Origin: Prevotellaceae bacterium UBA1710
GTDB taxonomy: Bacteria; Bacteroidota; Bacteroidia; Bacteroidales; Bacteroidaceae
Assembly (NCBI GenBank): GCA_002317355.1
Contig: DCJC01000056.1
Coordinates: 7,307 to 71,306, forward strand
Reading direction: 5' to 3'
Length of the DNA: 64,000 nucleotides
Shown here one piece after another: positions 1-8,307 of the stretch. The position numbers were made by a program, and so were the translations under genes. Within the stretch, counting starts at the first letter, position 1. Each line of letters starts with the position of its first letter. A model generated the notes under the pieces. The model was not told where the DNA came from, made no database searches, and saw nothing but the letters and a program-made list of their open reading frames with translations.

Positions 1-9
1 GAAATCGAA

Positions 10-579
10 TTACTTCTTGATAGCAGCGCTGATCTCAGCGTAGATCTCGTCGATAGAGCCAACGCCATTGATCTTAGCGTACTTACCCTGCTGGATGTAG
101 AAATCCTTGAGAGGGAGAGTCTGAGAATAGTATGTATTGAGACGCTTCTTAGCTGTCTCCTCGTTGTCGTCAGCACGACCTGAAGTCTGACCGCGAGCAA
201 TGATACGCTTGATGAGCTCCTCGTCGTCAACCTCAAGACCGATAACTACGTTAACCTCCTGACCACGCTCCTTGAGCATAGCGTCGAGAGCCTCTGCCTG
301 AGCGATAGTACGTGGGAAACCGTCGAAGATTACGCCCTTGATATCCTTACCCTTTGAATCGAGTGTAGAAGCGAGCATGTCAACGATGAGTGAATCTGGA
401 ACGAGCTTACCCTCGTTGATGTAAGCAGAAGCTGTCTTACCAAGCTCTGTGCCAGCCTTGATCTCACCACGAAGCACGTCACCTGTAGAGATGTGCTCTA
501 CGCCGAATTCTGCGATAATCTTATCGCTCTGTGTACCCTTGCCTGAACCAGGTGCACCGAAAATAACGATGTTATTCAT
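10..579 (-). CDS. adk: adenylate kinase (short-LID type)
   Basis: GAPGSGKGTQ P-loop, HISTGD, FDGFPRT and GRADD motifs. Confidence 0.97.
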   Translation of the reverse strand: MNNIVIFGAPGSGKGTQSDKIIAEFGVEHISTGDVLRGEIKAGTELGKTASAYINEGKLVPDSLIVDMLASTLDSKGKDIKGVIFDGFPRTIAQAEALDAMLKERGQEVNVVIGLEVDDEELIKRIIARGQTSGRADDNEETAKKRLNTYYSQTLPLKDFYIQQGKYAKINGVGSIDEIYAEISAAIKK

Positions 580-659
580 CTTTTTTACCTTTGTTTGATT
601 TATTTTGTATGTTTAAAATAATTCCTATTGAGAGTTATGGTTGATATCCTGACTTTGGC

Positions 660-1199
660 TTATTCCTGGCAAAGTGTATAAACGTCTTTGAGTTGTCTGC
701 CTTCTCCGTCATAGTCAAGTCCATAGCCTACGATGAAGTCGTCAGGTATGATCATAGCTGGATAATCTACTTTTATGTCAGCTTGCAATTTTGCTGGCTT
801 GAAGAACAGAGAGCATATTCTTGCAGATGCAACATTCTTGCTGTCGAGGATGTTCTTCATCTTCAAGAGAGTGTTGCCGCTCTCCACGATGTCTTCAACG
901 ATGATGATGTCTCTGCCTGAAATGTCAGAATTTACACCTATCAATTCCTCAACCTTACCAGTAGATTGTGTGCCGCTGTATGAAGAGAGTTTCACGAAAT
1001 TAACTTCGCATGGAATGGTCAGTTCGCGTACAAAATCTGCACAGAACATGAACGAACCGTTGAGCACGGCAAGGATGACAGGATGCTTGCCTTCGTAGTC
1101 CTTGTTGACTTTCCCGGCAACAGCCTTCACGCTCTTGAGAATTTCTGCTTCAGGAATACTCAATTCGAACGTCTTGTCGTGTAGTTTAACTCTATTCAT
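660..1199 (-). CDS. hpt: hypoxanthine phosphoribosyltransferase
   Basis: VLNGSF, PRPP-binding IIIVEDIVESGNT, FIVGYGLD. Confidence 0.96.
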   Translation of the reverse strand: MNRVKLHDKTFELSIPEAEILKSVKAVAGKVNKDYEGKHPVILAVLNGSFMFCADFVRELTIPCEVNFVKLSSYSGTQSTGKVEELIGVNSDISGRDIIIVEDIVESGNTLLKMKNILDSKNVASARICSLFFKPAKLQADIKVDYPAMIIPDDFIVGYGLDYDGEGRQLKDVYTLCQE

Positions 1200-1274
1200 C
1201 GTGACAAAATGCTAAATTTGGTACAAAATTACTAAAAAAAAAGGAGAAACTGCCCAATAATGACTAAAATTTAG

Positions 1275-1282
1275 TATTTTTG
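1275..1282 (+). promoter_or_regulatory. Bacteroidetes primary-sigma -7 box (TATTTTTG) upstream of nnr
   Basis: matches TAnnTTTG, 17 nt before the ATG; a divergent TAATTTTG (1224-1231, minus strand) serves hpt. Confidence 0.6.
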
Positions 1283-1299
1283 CACTCATAATTCACAAA

Positions 1300-2814
1300 A
1301 TGATGAAAATATTTACGAGTTCACAGATCCACGAACTGGATAAATACACTATAGAGAACGAACCGATTGCTTCTATTGACTTGATGGAGAGGGCTGCCAA
1401 AGCACTCACCCAAGCCATTGTTGATACATGGGATTCTGCAACTCCTGTTGTTGTCTTGGCTGGTCCTGGAAACAATGGAGGCGATGCTCTCGCAGTAGCA
1501 AGAATGCTTGCTGACAGACATTATGAAGTGGAGGTCTTCTTGTTCAATACAAGCGGCCGCCTTTCACCTGACTGTGAGGAGAATCGCGACAGACTCAAAA
1601 AACAGCATAATATCAAGTCGTTTACTGAGGTAGTGCAGGAATTTGATCCTCCTGTGCTCACTAAGGATGTGCTCGTTGTTGATGGCCTTTTCGGTTCTGG
1701 CATCAATAAACCTCTCAATGGTGGTTATGCTGCTCTCGTCAAGTATGTGAATTCATCAAATGCACAAGTTGTGAGTATCGATCTTCCATCAGGGATGATG
1801 GCCGAGGATAACACTTACAATGTCAAGGCAAACATCATTCGTGCAGATGTTACTCTTACTCTTGGAAGCAAGAAACTCTGTATGCTGATGCCTGATCTTC
1901 ATCCTCTCTTCGGACATATTCGCGTGCTCGACATAGATCTGAGTCAGGAGTTTATAGAAAAGACCGAGACTCAGTATAGCATCATTGATGAGAATGAAAT
2001 ACGCAGAATGTTCATCCCTCGTGATGAGTTCGTTCACAAGGGAAATATGGGTCATGCGCTTATCATTGCAGGCTCTTATGGAATGGCTGGAGCTGCTATT
2101 CTTGCCACTCGTGCATGTCTTCGTTCTGGTGTAGGAAAGGTTACGGTGCATACTCCAAAGCGTAATTATGACATCATGCAGATATCAGTTCCTGAGGCAA
2201 TCATGCAGATGGATAAGGAAGAGACTATCTTCACCCAGCCTGAAGATTATCAGGGATATGAAGCTATTGGAATTGGCCCTGGACTCGGTCAGAACGAGAA
2301 TACTGCAATTGCCGTAATAGCTCAGATTCGTAGTAATAAGACACCAATGGTTATTGATGCTGATGCGCTTAACATTCTGTCAAGTCACAGAGCATGGATG
2401 CAGCAGTTGCCTGAAGGTCTTATCCTTACTCCACATCCTCGTGAGTTGGATCGTCTTGTAGGAACATCATCAAGTGATGATTTCGAGCGCCTTACAAGAG
2501 CTCGTGAACTCTCTCAGCAACTTCAGGCATACGTTATACTCAAGGGGCATTACTCTGCTCTCTGTATGCCAAACGGTCATATTATATTTAATTCAACTGG
2601 TAATGCAGGAATGGCTACTGCAGGTTCGGGTGATGTGCTTACGGGTATTATTACTGCACTTCTTGCACGTGGCTATTCTCGTGAGAATGCTGCAATCATG
2701 GGTATGTATCTCCATGGCCTTGCAGGCGATCTTGCAGCAAGTGATCTCGGTGAGGAAAGTCTCACGGCCAGTGACATAATCAATTATCTACCAAAGGCTT
2801 TCTGCCAGTTATAG
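1300..2814 (+). CDS. nnr: bifunctional NAD(P)H-hydrate epimerase/dehydratase (YjeF family)
   Basis: LMERAA, GPGNNGGD, DGLFGSG, HKG..G, DADAL, TPHPRE, TAGSGDVLTG motifs. Confidence 0.95.
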   Translation: MMKIFTSSQIHELDKYTIENEPIASIDLMERAAKALTQAIVDTWDSATPVVVLAGPGNNGGDALAVARMLADRHYEVEVFLFNTSGRLSPDCEENRDRLKKQHNIKSFTEVVQEFDPPVLTKDVLVVDGLFGSGINKPLNGGYAALVKYVNSSNAQVVSIDLPSGMMAEDNTYNVKANIIRADVTLTLGSKKLCMLMPDLHPLFGHIRVLDIDLSQEFIEKTETQYSIIDENEIRRMFIPRDEFVHKGNMGHALIIAGSYGMAGAAILATRACLRSGVGKVTVHTPKRNYDIMQISVPEAIMQMDKEETIFTQPEDYQGYEAIGIGPGLGQNENTAIAVIAQIRSNKTPMVIDADALNILSSHRAWMQQLPEGLILTPHPRELDRLVGTSSSDDFERLTRARELSQQLQAYVILKGHYSALCMPNGHIIFNSTGNAGMATAGSGDVLTGIITALLARGYSRENAAIMGMYLHGLAGDLAASDLGEESLTASDIINYLPKAFCQL

Positions 2815-2826
2815 TACAACTTTTAT

Positions 2827-3882
2827 ATGAAAGGTTTTATCTCACTTTTTGTCATTGCATTTGCAATGTTGCAATCGGTATTCGCTCAGGATGTTGTAAA
2901 TGAAGGTGTGTCATATTATCTTCCAAAGACAGCTTTTAAGTTTCGTATTCTCGTTGAGAAGACGTCTTTCACTCCTGGAGAGTATGCCGAATATGCTTCA
3001 CGCTATCTCAAGCAGTCGGATGCAGTTCTGACTCCAAAGACAGTCTATAAGATTCTTGATATCAAGATGCAGGCTATCGGTGTGCCTGATCAGACTAAGC
3101 ATTTCACTACCAAGGTAGGACCTAAGCTTAATATCCAGAAGGTGTATGTCAATGAGAATGGTATTCTTGCGTCAATTAATACAGAGCCTGTTATTAATAA
3201 GGAGGAAGGAATGTTCGTGCCAGCTTTGAAGTCTGCTCCACTCAATCCACGCGACTATATGAATGAGGATATTCTTGCTGCGGGAAGTAAGGCTAAGATG
3301 GCTCAGCTTTGTGCAGAGGAAATCTATACTATCCGTTCTTCACGTAATGACCTTACTCGTGGAACTGCAGAAACAATGCCTAAGGACGGTGAGCAGCTCA
3401 GACTGATGCTCGCTTCGCTCAATACTCAGGAAAAGGCTCTGCGTCAGCTTTTCGAGGGTGTAACAGTTACTGATACAACAGAGCATGTGGTGACGGTTAT
3501 GGCAGATGCCCAGACTACTGGTCAGTTGGCTTTCCGTTTCTCTGATGCATTCGGTATGACAACTGCTGACGATTTCTCTGGTTCACCTTATTATCTTAGT
3601 GTGACAGATCTTCATCAGACTCCAGAGGACACTCGTACCGAGAAGGAAAAAATCGTGCAGAAGGATGATCCAGGTCTCTATATCAATGTTCCAGGTAAGG
3701 CACATGTTGTGCTTTTCAATGCTAATAAGACTGTCAAGGAGATGGATGTGTTCTACCCACAATTCGGTAGGGTAGAGGCTCTGAATGCCAGCTTGTTCAA
3801 TAGGAAAATCATGACTTCTTTCCAGTTGAATCAGATTACTGGTAAGACAATGCGTCTTGAATCACAGGAAGTTGGCAAGTGA
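2827..3882 (+). CDS. exported protein, DUF4831-like family
   Basis: signal peptide; YYLPKT, PGEYAEYA.RYL, MPKDGEQL and PQFG motifs recalled from this Bacteroidales family; sits next to nnr. Confidence 0.75.
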   Translation: MKGFISLFVIAFAMLQSVFAQDVVNEGVSYYLPKTAFKFRILVEKTSFTPGEYAEYASRYLKQSDAVLTPKTVYKILDIKMQAIGVPDQTKHFTTKVGPKLNIQKVYVNENGILASINTEPVINKEEGMFVPALKSAPLNPRDYMNEDILAAGSKAKMAQLCAEEIYTIRSSRNDLTRGTAETMPKDGEQLRLMLASLNTQEKALRQLFEGVTVTDTTEHVVTVMADAQTTGQLAFRFSDAFGMTTADDFSGSPYYLSVTDLHQTPEDTRTEKEKIVQKDDPGLYINVPGKAHVVLFNANKTVKEMDVFYPQFGRVEALNASLFNRKIMTSFQLNQITGKTMRLESQEVGK

Positions 3883-3902
3883 GAAATGAAAAATGAAAAA
3901 TA

Positions 3903-3946
3903 AAAAATGGGAAAATGCTGCCTGATGGTAGGGTTTTCCCATTTTT
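3903..3946 (+). terminator. intrinsic terminator of the nnr-DUF4831 unit
   Basis: AAAAATGGGAAAA...TTTTCCCATTTTT stem followed by a T-rich tract. Confidence 0.7.
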
Positions 3947-3951
3947 CTTTC

Positions 3952-4079
3952 TTCGATAAATCGACAATTCGATAATTCGAGTTTTCGAGTATTCGAGTCT
4001 TCGAATTATCGGGTTTTCGAGTTGCCGAGTTTTCGAATTATCGATAGCTCGATCTATCGAAACTTCGAATCTTCGAGAG
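3952..4079. repeat. degenerate 8-bp tandem repeat, 16 units, consensus TTCGA(G/A)TT
   Basis: units ttcgataa atcgacaa ttcgataa ttcgagtt ... ttcgagag read directly; CG invariant at unit positions 3-4. Confidence 0.9.
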
Positions 4080-4084
4080 AAACG

Positions 4085-4129
4085 GGAAAAAAGAAATAGG
4101 AGATAAACACCATTGGCGTTTATCTCCTA
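4085..4129 (-). terminator. intrinsic terminator of fba
   Basis: TAGGAGATAAAC/GTTTATCTCCTA 12-bp stem with a U-tract on the minus strand. Confidence 0.8.
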
Positions 4130-4157
4130 AATTGTTTTGTGTGTATGAAGAATACTC

Positions 4158-5156
4158 TTACTTAGCGAGCTTGTCGTTAGAACCGAGTACGTTTACGATC
4201 TTGTGGATGTACATCTTCTTCATGTTCTCACGAGCTGGCTTCAGATACTGACGTGGATCGAAGTCGCCTGGGTTCTCAGCGAGGTGCTTGCGGATAGCAG
4301 CAGTCATAGCGAGACGTGAGTCAGAGTCGATGTTGATCTTACATACAGCAGACTCAGAAGCCTTGCGGAGCTGCTCCTCAGGGATACCGATAGCTGCCTC
4401 GAGCTTACCACCGAACTGGTTGATTGTGTTAACCTCGTCCATAGGAACTGAAGAAGAACCGTGGAGAACGATTGGGAATCCAGGAAGCTTCTTCTCGATC
4501 TCAGCGAGAACGTCGAATGCCAATGGAGGTGGAACGAGAACGCCGTTAACCATCTTACACTGTGCAGGAGTGAACTTGTGAGCACCGTGTGAAGTACCGA
4601 TAGAGATAGCGAGAGAGTCACAACCTGTGCGTGTAGCGAAGTCGATAACCTCTTCTGGCTTTGTGTATGTAGACTCAGCTGCAACAACCTCATCCTCAAC
4701 ACCAGCGAGGACACCGAGCTCAGCCTCTACAGTTACGTCGAACTGATGAGCGTAGTCAACAACCTTCTTAGCGAGAGCTACGTTCTCCTCGTATGGGAGG
4801 TGTGAACCGTCGATCATTACTGAAGAGAAACCGTTGTCGATACAATCCTTACAGAGCTCGAAGCTATCACCGTGGTCGAGGTGAAGAACGATCTCTGGAG
4901 CCTCACAACCGAGCTCCTTAGCGTACTCTACAGCACCCTTAGCGAGGTTACGGAGGATAGTACCGTTAGCATAGTTACGAGCACCCTTAGAAACCTGCAT
5001 GATAACAGGTGACTTTGTCTCTACTGCAGCCATAACGATAGCCTGCATCTGCTCCATTGTGTTGAAGTTGAAAGCTGGGATTGCGTAACCACCAGCAACG
5101 GCGCGCTTAAACATCTCACGTGTGTTTACGAGGCCGAGATCTTTGTAATTTACCAT
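4158..5156 (-). CDS. fba: fructose-1,6-bisphosphate aldolase class II
   Basis: LHLDHG, SSVMIDGS, VEAELG, IGTSHG, VLHGSS, KINIDSD. Confidence 0.97.
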   Translation of the reverse strand: MVNYKDLGLVNTREMFKRAVAGGYAIPAFNFNTMEQMQAIVMAAVETKSPVIMQVSKGARNYANGTILRNLAKGAVEYAKELGCEAPEIVLHLDHGDSFELCKDCIDNGFSSVMIDGSHLPYEENVALAKKVVDYAHQFDVTVEAELGVLAGVEDEVVAAESTYTKPEEVIDFATRTGCDSLAISIGTSHGAHKFTPAQCKMVNGVLVPPPLAFDVLAEIEKKLPGFPIVLHGSSSVPMDEVNTINQFGGKLEAAIGIPEEQLRKASESAVCKINIDSDSRLAMTAAIRKHLAENPGDFDPRQYLKPARENMKKMYIHKIVNVLGSNDKLAK

Positions 5157-5209
5157 AGTTACTTAAAAATGTTTATTGAAAAATTTTAAAATTATCCTTT
5201 TTCGCTATG

Positions 5210-5240
5210 CAAAGGTAGCATTTTAATCGCGTATGACAAA
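5210..5240 (-). promoter_or_regulatory. primary-sigma promoter of fba
   Basis: TTTG-N19-TACCTTTG on the minus strand. Confidence 0.8.
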
Positions 5241-5395
5241 GTTTTCATTGGAAAAATTTTCTAAATGCACTAAATTTCTTTCAGTTTGCTATAATCACTT
5301 TACAATTTTTTGAGAATAAATGTGTTTTTATTACCTTATCCTTCCGCTTTGTAAGCATGCTCGGTGCTATAATCGTCAACGACCGTCACCCCCAT

Positions 5396-5539
5396 ACCTG
5401 CATTATTCATGCAGGAATTGATAATTGAAAATTGATAATTAAGTGGTTACAAAAATCCCCATCAAATAATTTTCGGATTACATTGCCCGCATAAATTATT
5501 CATTATCAATTAACCTGAATTTATGAATAATTCAGGTTA
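5396..5539. repeat. gene-less cassette with palindromic termini and inverted AATTGAT heptamer arrays
   Basis: 14/15 terminal inverted repeat ACCTGMATTATTCAT; AATTGAT-type x4 (5416-5443) opposite x3 inverted (5491-5511). Confidence 0.7.
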
Positions 5540-5640
5540 CGTGCTTGTTTTGGTCTCTTTTTCCTTAAAAATAAAATGCAACATTGCAACATTGCTAATA
5601 AAAACTGGATTTATTAGTGAGGAATTAACACCTATCATCC

Positions 5641-5749
5641 TTTTACCATACACGTACCAATGTCTTACTTTTTTCTTACCATAGGTAAGAGTCACGTAAG
5701 AGGAAGGTAAGAGTCACGTAAGAGGAAGGTAAGAATTACGTAAGAGCCA
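5641..5749. repeat. 11-bp-period back-to-back array (TCTTAC x4 degenerate / GTAAGA x6)
   Basis: ggtaagagtca cgtaagaggaa repeated, centred on the palindrome TCTTACC-ATA-GGTAAGA. Confidence 0.85.
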
Positions 5750-5760
5750 GTTTCTCTTAG

Positions 5761-5792
5761 CAAAGATACTATTCTAGAAAGGACTTGTCAAA
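5761..5792 (-). promoter_or_regulatory. orphan primary-sigma promoter with no adjacent ORF
   Basis: TTTG-N20-TATCTTTG on the minus strand. Confidence 0.55.
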
Positions 5793-6024
5793 AGTTTTGA
5801 GGGAGAAACTGCTTTTGTAACCACTTTCAGAGTGGTTACAATGTTGCATTTTTCTTTTTAGGGAAATGCCCCCTTGAAAAAATAATAATATATTGATTAT
5901 TACGCGAACCTTAATTATATAAGGAAATTTTTCAAACACCCTTCTTTTTCCTTAAAAATAAAAATGCAACATTGCAACATTATTCAATCTGCGACTAAAC
6001 GAATTCGTTAGCCGCTTGATTGGT

Positions 6025-6157
6025 GAACCCCGAAGCGGGCGGCATCTAAAAGGGCTGTCCGTGAGGGCTGTTAATAAGGGATATTTGATTGATGAGCGCC
6101 GTAGGTGCGAAACCTAAAAACAGAAAATACAATAGGTGTCGAACTTTCAGCCCTCAC
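6025..6157. repeat. REP/REPIN-like GC-rich palindromic element
   Basis: GTGAGGGCTG/CAGCCCTCAC 10-bp inverted repeat enclosing small hairpins such as GCGCCGTAGGTGC. Confidence 0.5.
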
Positions 6158-6173
6158 TTGAGGTACTTTTATT

Positions 6174-6205
6174 AAAGAAACAGGGAGTGGGCTCCCTGTT
6201 TCTTT
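6174..6205. terminator. intrinsic terminator after the 186-aa gene
   Basis: perfect 14-bp stem AAAGAAACAGGGAG/CTCCCTGTTTCTTT. Confidence 0.85.
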
Positions 6206-6216
6206 GTGAAAACTAT

Positions 6217-6777
6217 TTAGAATCCGTCGTAAACTGTTTTTGATTGGGATTTTGCTTTGCAAATTGCGTCATACATTTCTTTTATGGCTTTTGCGAATTT
6301 CTTTGGCTTGATTTCTCTATCTATATTTTCAATATTAGTTTCTATGCGAATCTTTACAACATTAGAAGAACATAATTGTTTGATTTGTTCTTCTGAAATA
6401 TTGTATCCTGGTTTTATGTAATAGTCTGTGCCGTATCGTGTAACATTGTACTCGTAATCAGCTGGTCCAATTACTTTATAATTTTCTAGTTCAATAATTT
6501 CGTCTTTATCTGTTTTTATCAGTAATTTACGTCCTTTGTCCATAGTGTACTTACCTTCGTTTAAAGTTAATTGGATGTACCAGAATTCGTTACCTGATGA
6601 AAGAAGTACATATGATAAATGAAATCCAGCTGCGCTAACTAGTTTTCTGTACAAGTTGGAAGCCTCAGATGTGATTACTCGTGAACCATCATTTTCCATT
6701 TTGTCTATAGATACTTTCTGTGCGTAAGTTGCTGTATAAGTAAAAAGCACGATGAATATGAAAAGTATTTTTCTCAT
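6217..6777 (-). CDS. hypothetical exported protein
   Basis: Sec signal peptide ending TYA-Q; AT-rich; own terminator; no recognised motif. Confidence 0.8.
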   Translation of the reverse strand: MRKILFIFIVLFTYTATYAQKVSIDKMENDGSRVITSEASNLYRKLVSAAGFHLSYVLLSSGNEFWYIQLTLNEGKYTMDKGRKLLIKTDKDEIIELENYKVIGPADYEYNVTRYGTDYYIKPGYNISEEQIKQLCSSNVVKIRIETNIENIDREIKPKKFAKAIKEMYDAICKAKSQSKTVYDGF

Positions 6778-6789
6778 GATTGTTTTTAT

Positions 6790-7344
6790 TTAAATATCAT
6801 TTTGTATTTCAGAATCGTTTTCTCTTTCTTTCTTTTCTATATTAGCAGTGTCTTCATATGTAACGGCTATGCATCCTGTTTTTGAAATGTATAAATGTAT
6901 ATTGCCGTATTGTGCTTTGTAAAATGCGGAATATCTACATTTATCATTTCTAACAGCAGAAAATTCGTAACCATCCCCCTCGTAATATGGATCAAGAAAG
7001 AAATGGAAATCTTTATCCAGAGTGTATTTTGCCGAATAACTTTCCTTTAGTTTGTTAAACTGAGCTTTTAGGGATTGCCACGATGTTTTTTTATCGAAAA
7101 CTACGATAACACGACATACGCTTTGTGACATTGTAGAGAGAACGCCAATGCTTACATCTTCACCTGCAAATTTCCCATTCAAAAACATAGTATTGTCTCT
7201 TGTACTTTCAATTTTGAATCCTTTTGCCTGCAATTGTTTTCCAAAATTATTAAGATTTCCATCTATTGGTATTCCCATAAATGTCATATGTTGTGCAAAT
7301 GCAATTGTTGGGAGTAATAGTAGAAATAAAATTATTTTTTTCAT
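6790..7344 (-). CDS. hypothetical exported protein (HMTFMGIPIDG family)
   Basis: start moved to ATG 7344 (MKKIILFLLL..AFA-Q); H.xFMGIPIDG N-terminus recalled from uncharacterised Bacteroidales proteins. Confidence 0.8.
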   Translation of the reverse strand: MKKIILFLLLLPTIAFAQHMTFMGIPIDGNLNNFGKQLQAKGFKIESTRDNTMFLNGKFAGEDVSIGVLSTMSQSVCRVIVVFDKKTSWQSLKAQFNKLKESYSAKYTLDKDFHFFLDPYYEGDGYEFSAVRNDKCRYSAFYKAQYGNIHLYISKTGCIAVTYEDTANIEKKERENDSEIQNDI

Positions 7345-7527
7345 GATTTCTGTTTTTTGCATTAATTATTAAGTCTATATTTCAAGGCTGTAAAATAAGT
7401 GTAATTAAGGCCATACTTTCTATGAAAGCTGTCCTTCACGATAGTTTTACTGTGTTTTTTGCATAGGCATATATTTTTTATATGCGTCAGTTAGATACTC
7501 TCAAAACCAATAAGTCCAAACACCTAT

Positions 7528-7680
7528 AAAAAAGAAACGTGAACGAACTAGTTCGTCCACATCCTAGGTGCTTGGCCTTACCTTACAATCAGACAAACCA
7601 GACGTCCACGTATAGTGAACATCTGCTCTTTATTCTGATTGTATATCCCTTCAGCGGCCAAGCTTTTGGATGTCGTCGAA
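7528..7680 (-). ncRNA. candidate structured cis-regulatory leader RNA with terminator
   Basis: four nested helices with G-U pairs valid only on the minus strand, plus an overlapping terminator hairpin and U-tract. Confidence 0.55.
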
Positions 7681-7749
7681 TAAATAGCAAACGCTAATTT
7701 ACTAATATGTTATATGATATAGCACTCGTAATGAGTGGTATCATGATTG

Positions 7750-7781
7750 CAAAAGTACTTATTATTTTTTTATTATCCAAA
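7750..7781 (-). promoter_or_regulatory. primary-sigma promoter for the leader RNA and two-gene islet
   Basis: TTTG-N20-TACTTTTG. Confidence 0.75.
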
Positions 7782-7982
7782 TTTTCTTGTGTATTTTTGT
7801 TATCCTCTTTAATTTTTTGTGCGAGGAAAGAAAATTTGATAAAAAAGTTTGAGGCGAATTATTTGTCCATTTTGTTATTTTTGAGACATTAATAGTTGTT
7901 TATACCATATTAATTTTCCATTGTTTTCTTCATGTATTCCATTGTTCATTCCCCCTATATCAACCGATGTAAATTCGCTCAA

Positions 7983-8069
7983 AGTCCAATTAAACTCCAA
8001 TTAAAGTCCAATTGAAGTCCAATTCAATCTAGAAATAATTGGAGGTGAATTGGTATTTAATCGGGAATG
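7983..8069. repeat. 11-bp-period back-to-back array (TCCAATT x4 / AATTGG x2-3)
   Basis: agtccaattaa actccaattaa agtccaattga agtccaattca ... aattggaggtg aattggtattt. Confidence 0.85.
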
Positions 8070-8307
8070 AAATGTGGATAGAGGCGATGTTCTTCTTAGG
8101 GAAAAAGGATGAGTCATGGAGAAGGGTAGGGGAGATGCCTCGTTTATTGATTTTTGTTAAGAAATGCCGGATGTAAATAGAAAAACCGTTTAAAAATATG
8201 GAAATAACGAACAATTGTTGTAATTTTGCACCCTGGAAATAGAAGAGTAGATATTCTATAAGCAGACTAATATATCAATATAGGTATTCATCGGAATAAC
8301 ATAACAA

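Larger units (their letters stand above)
5557..5981. repeat. three dispersed copies of a TTTCCTTAAAAATAAAATGCAACATT(GCAACATT) element
   Basis: direct copies at 5557-5593 and 5944-5981, inverted partial copy at 5840-5866. Confidence 0.85.

Noticed and set aside
3952-4079. Periodic arrays here and at 5641, 7983, 36726 and 47232 as CRISPR arrays
   Set aside because: Periods are 8-11 bp with no 25-45 bp repeats, no unique spacers and no cas genes.
6071-6262. 63-aa ORF, and likewise 7707-7892, 8029-8214 and 14937-15164
   Set aside because: They cross terminators, promoters or repeats and show no coding signature.
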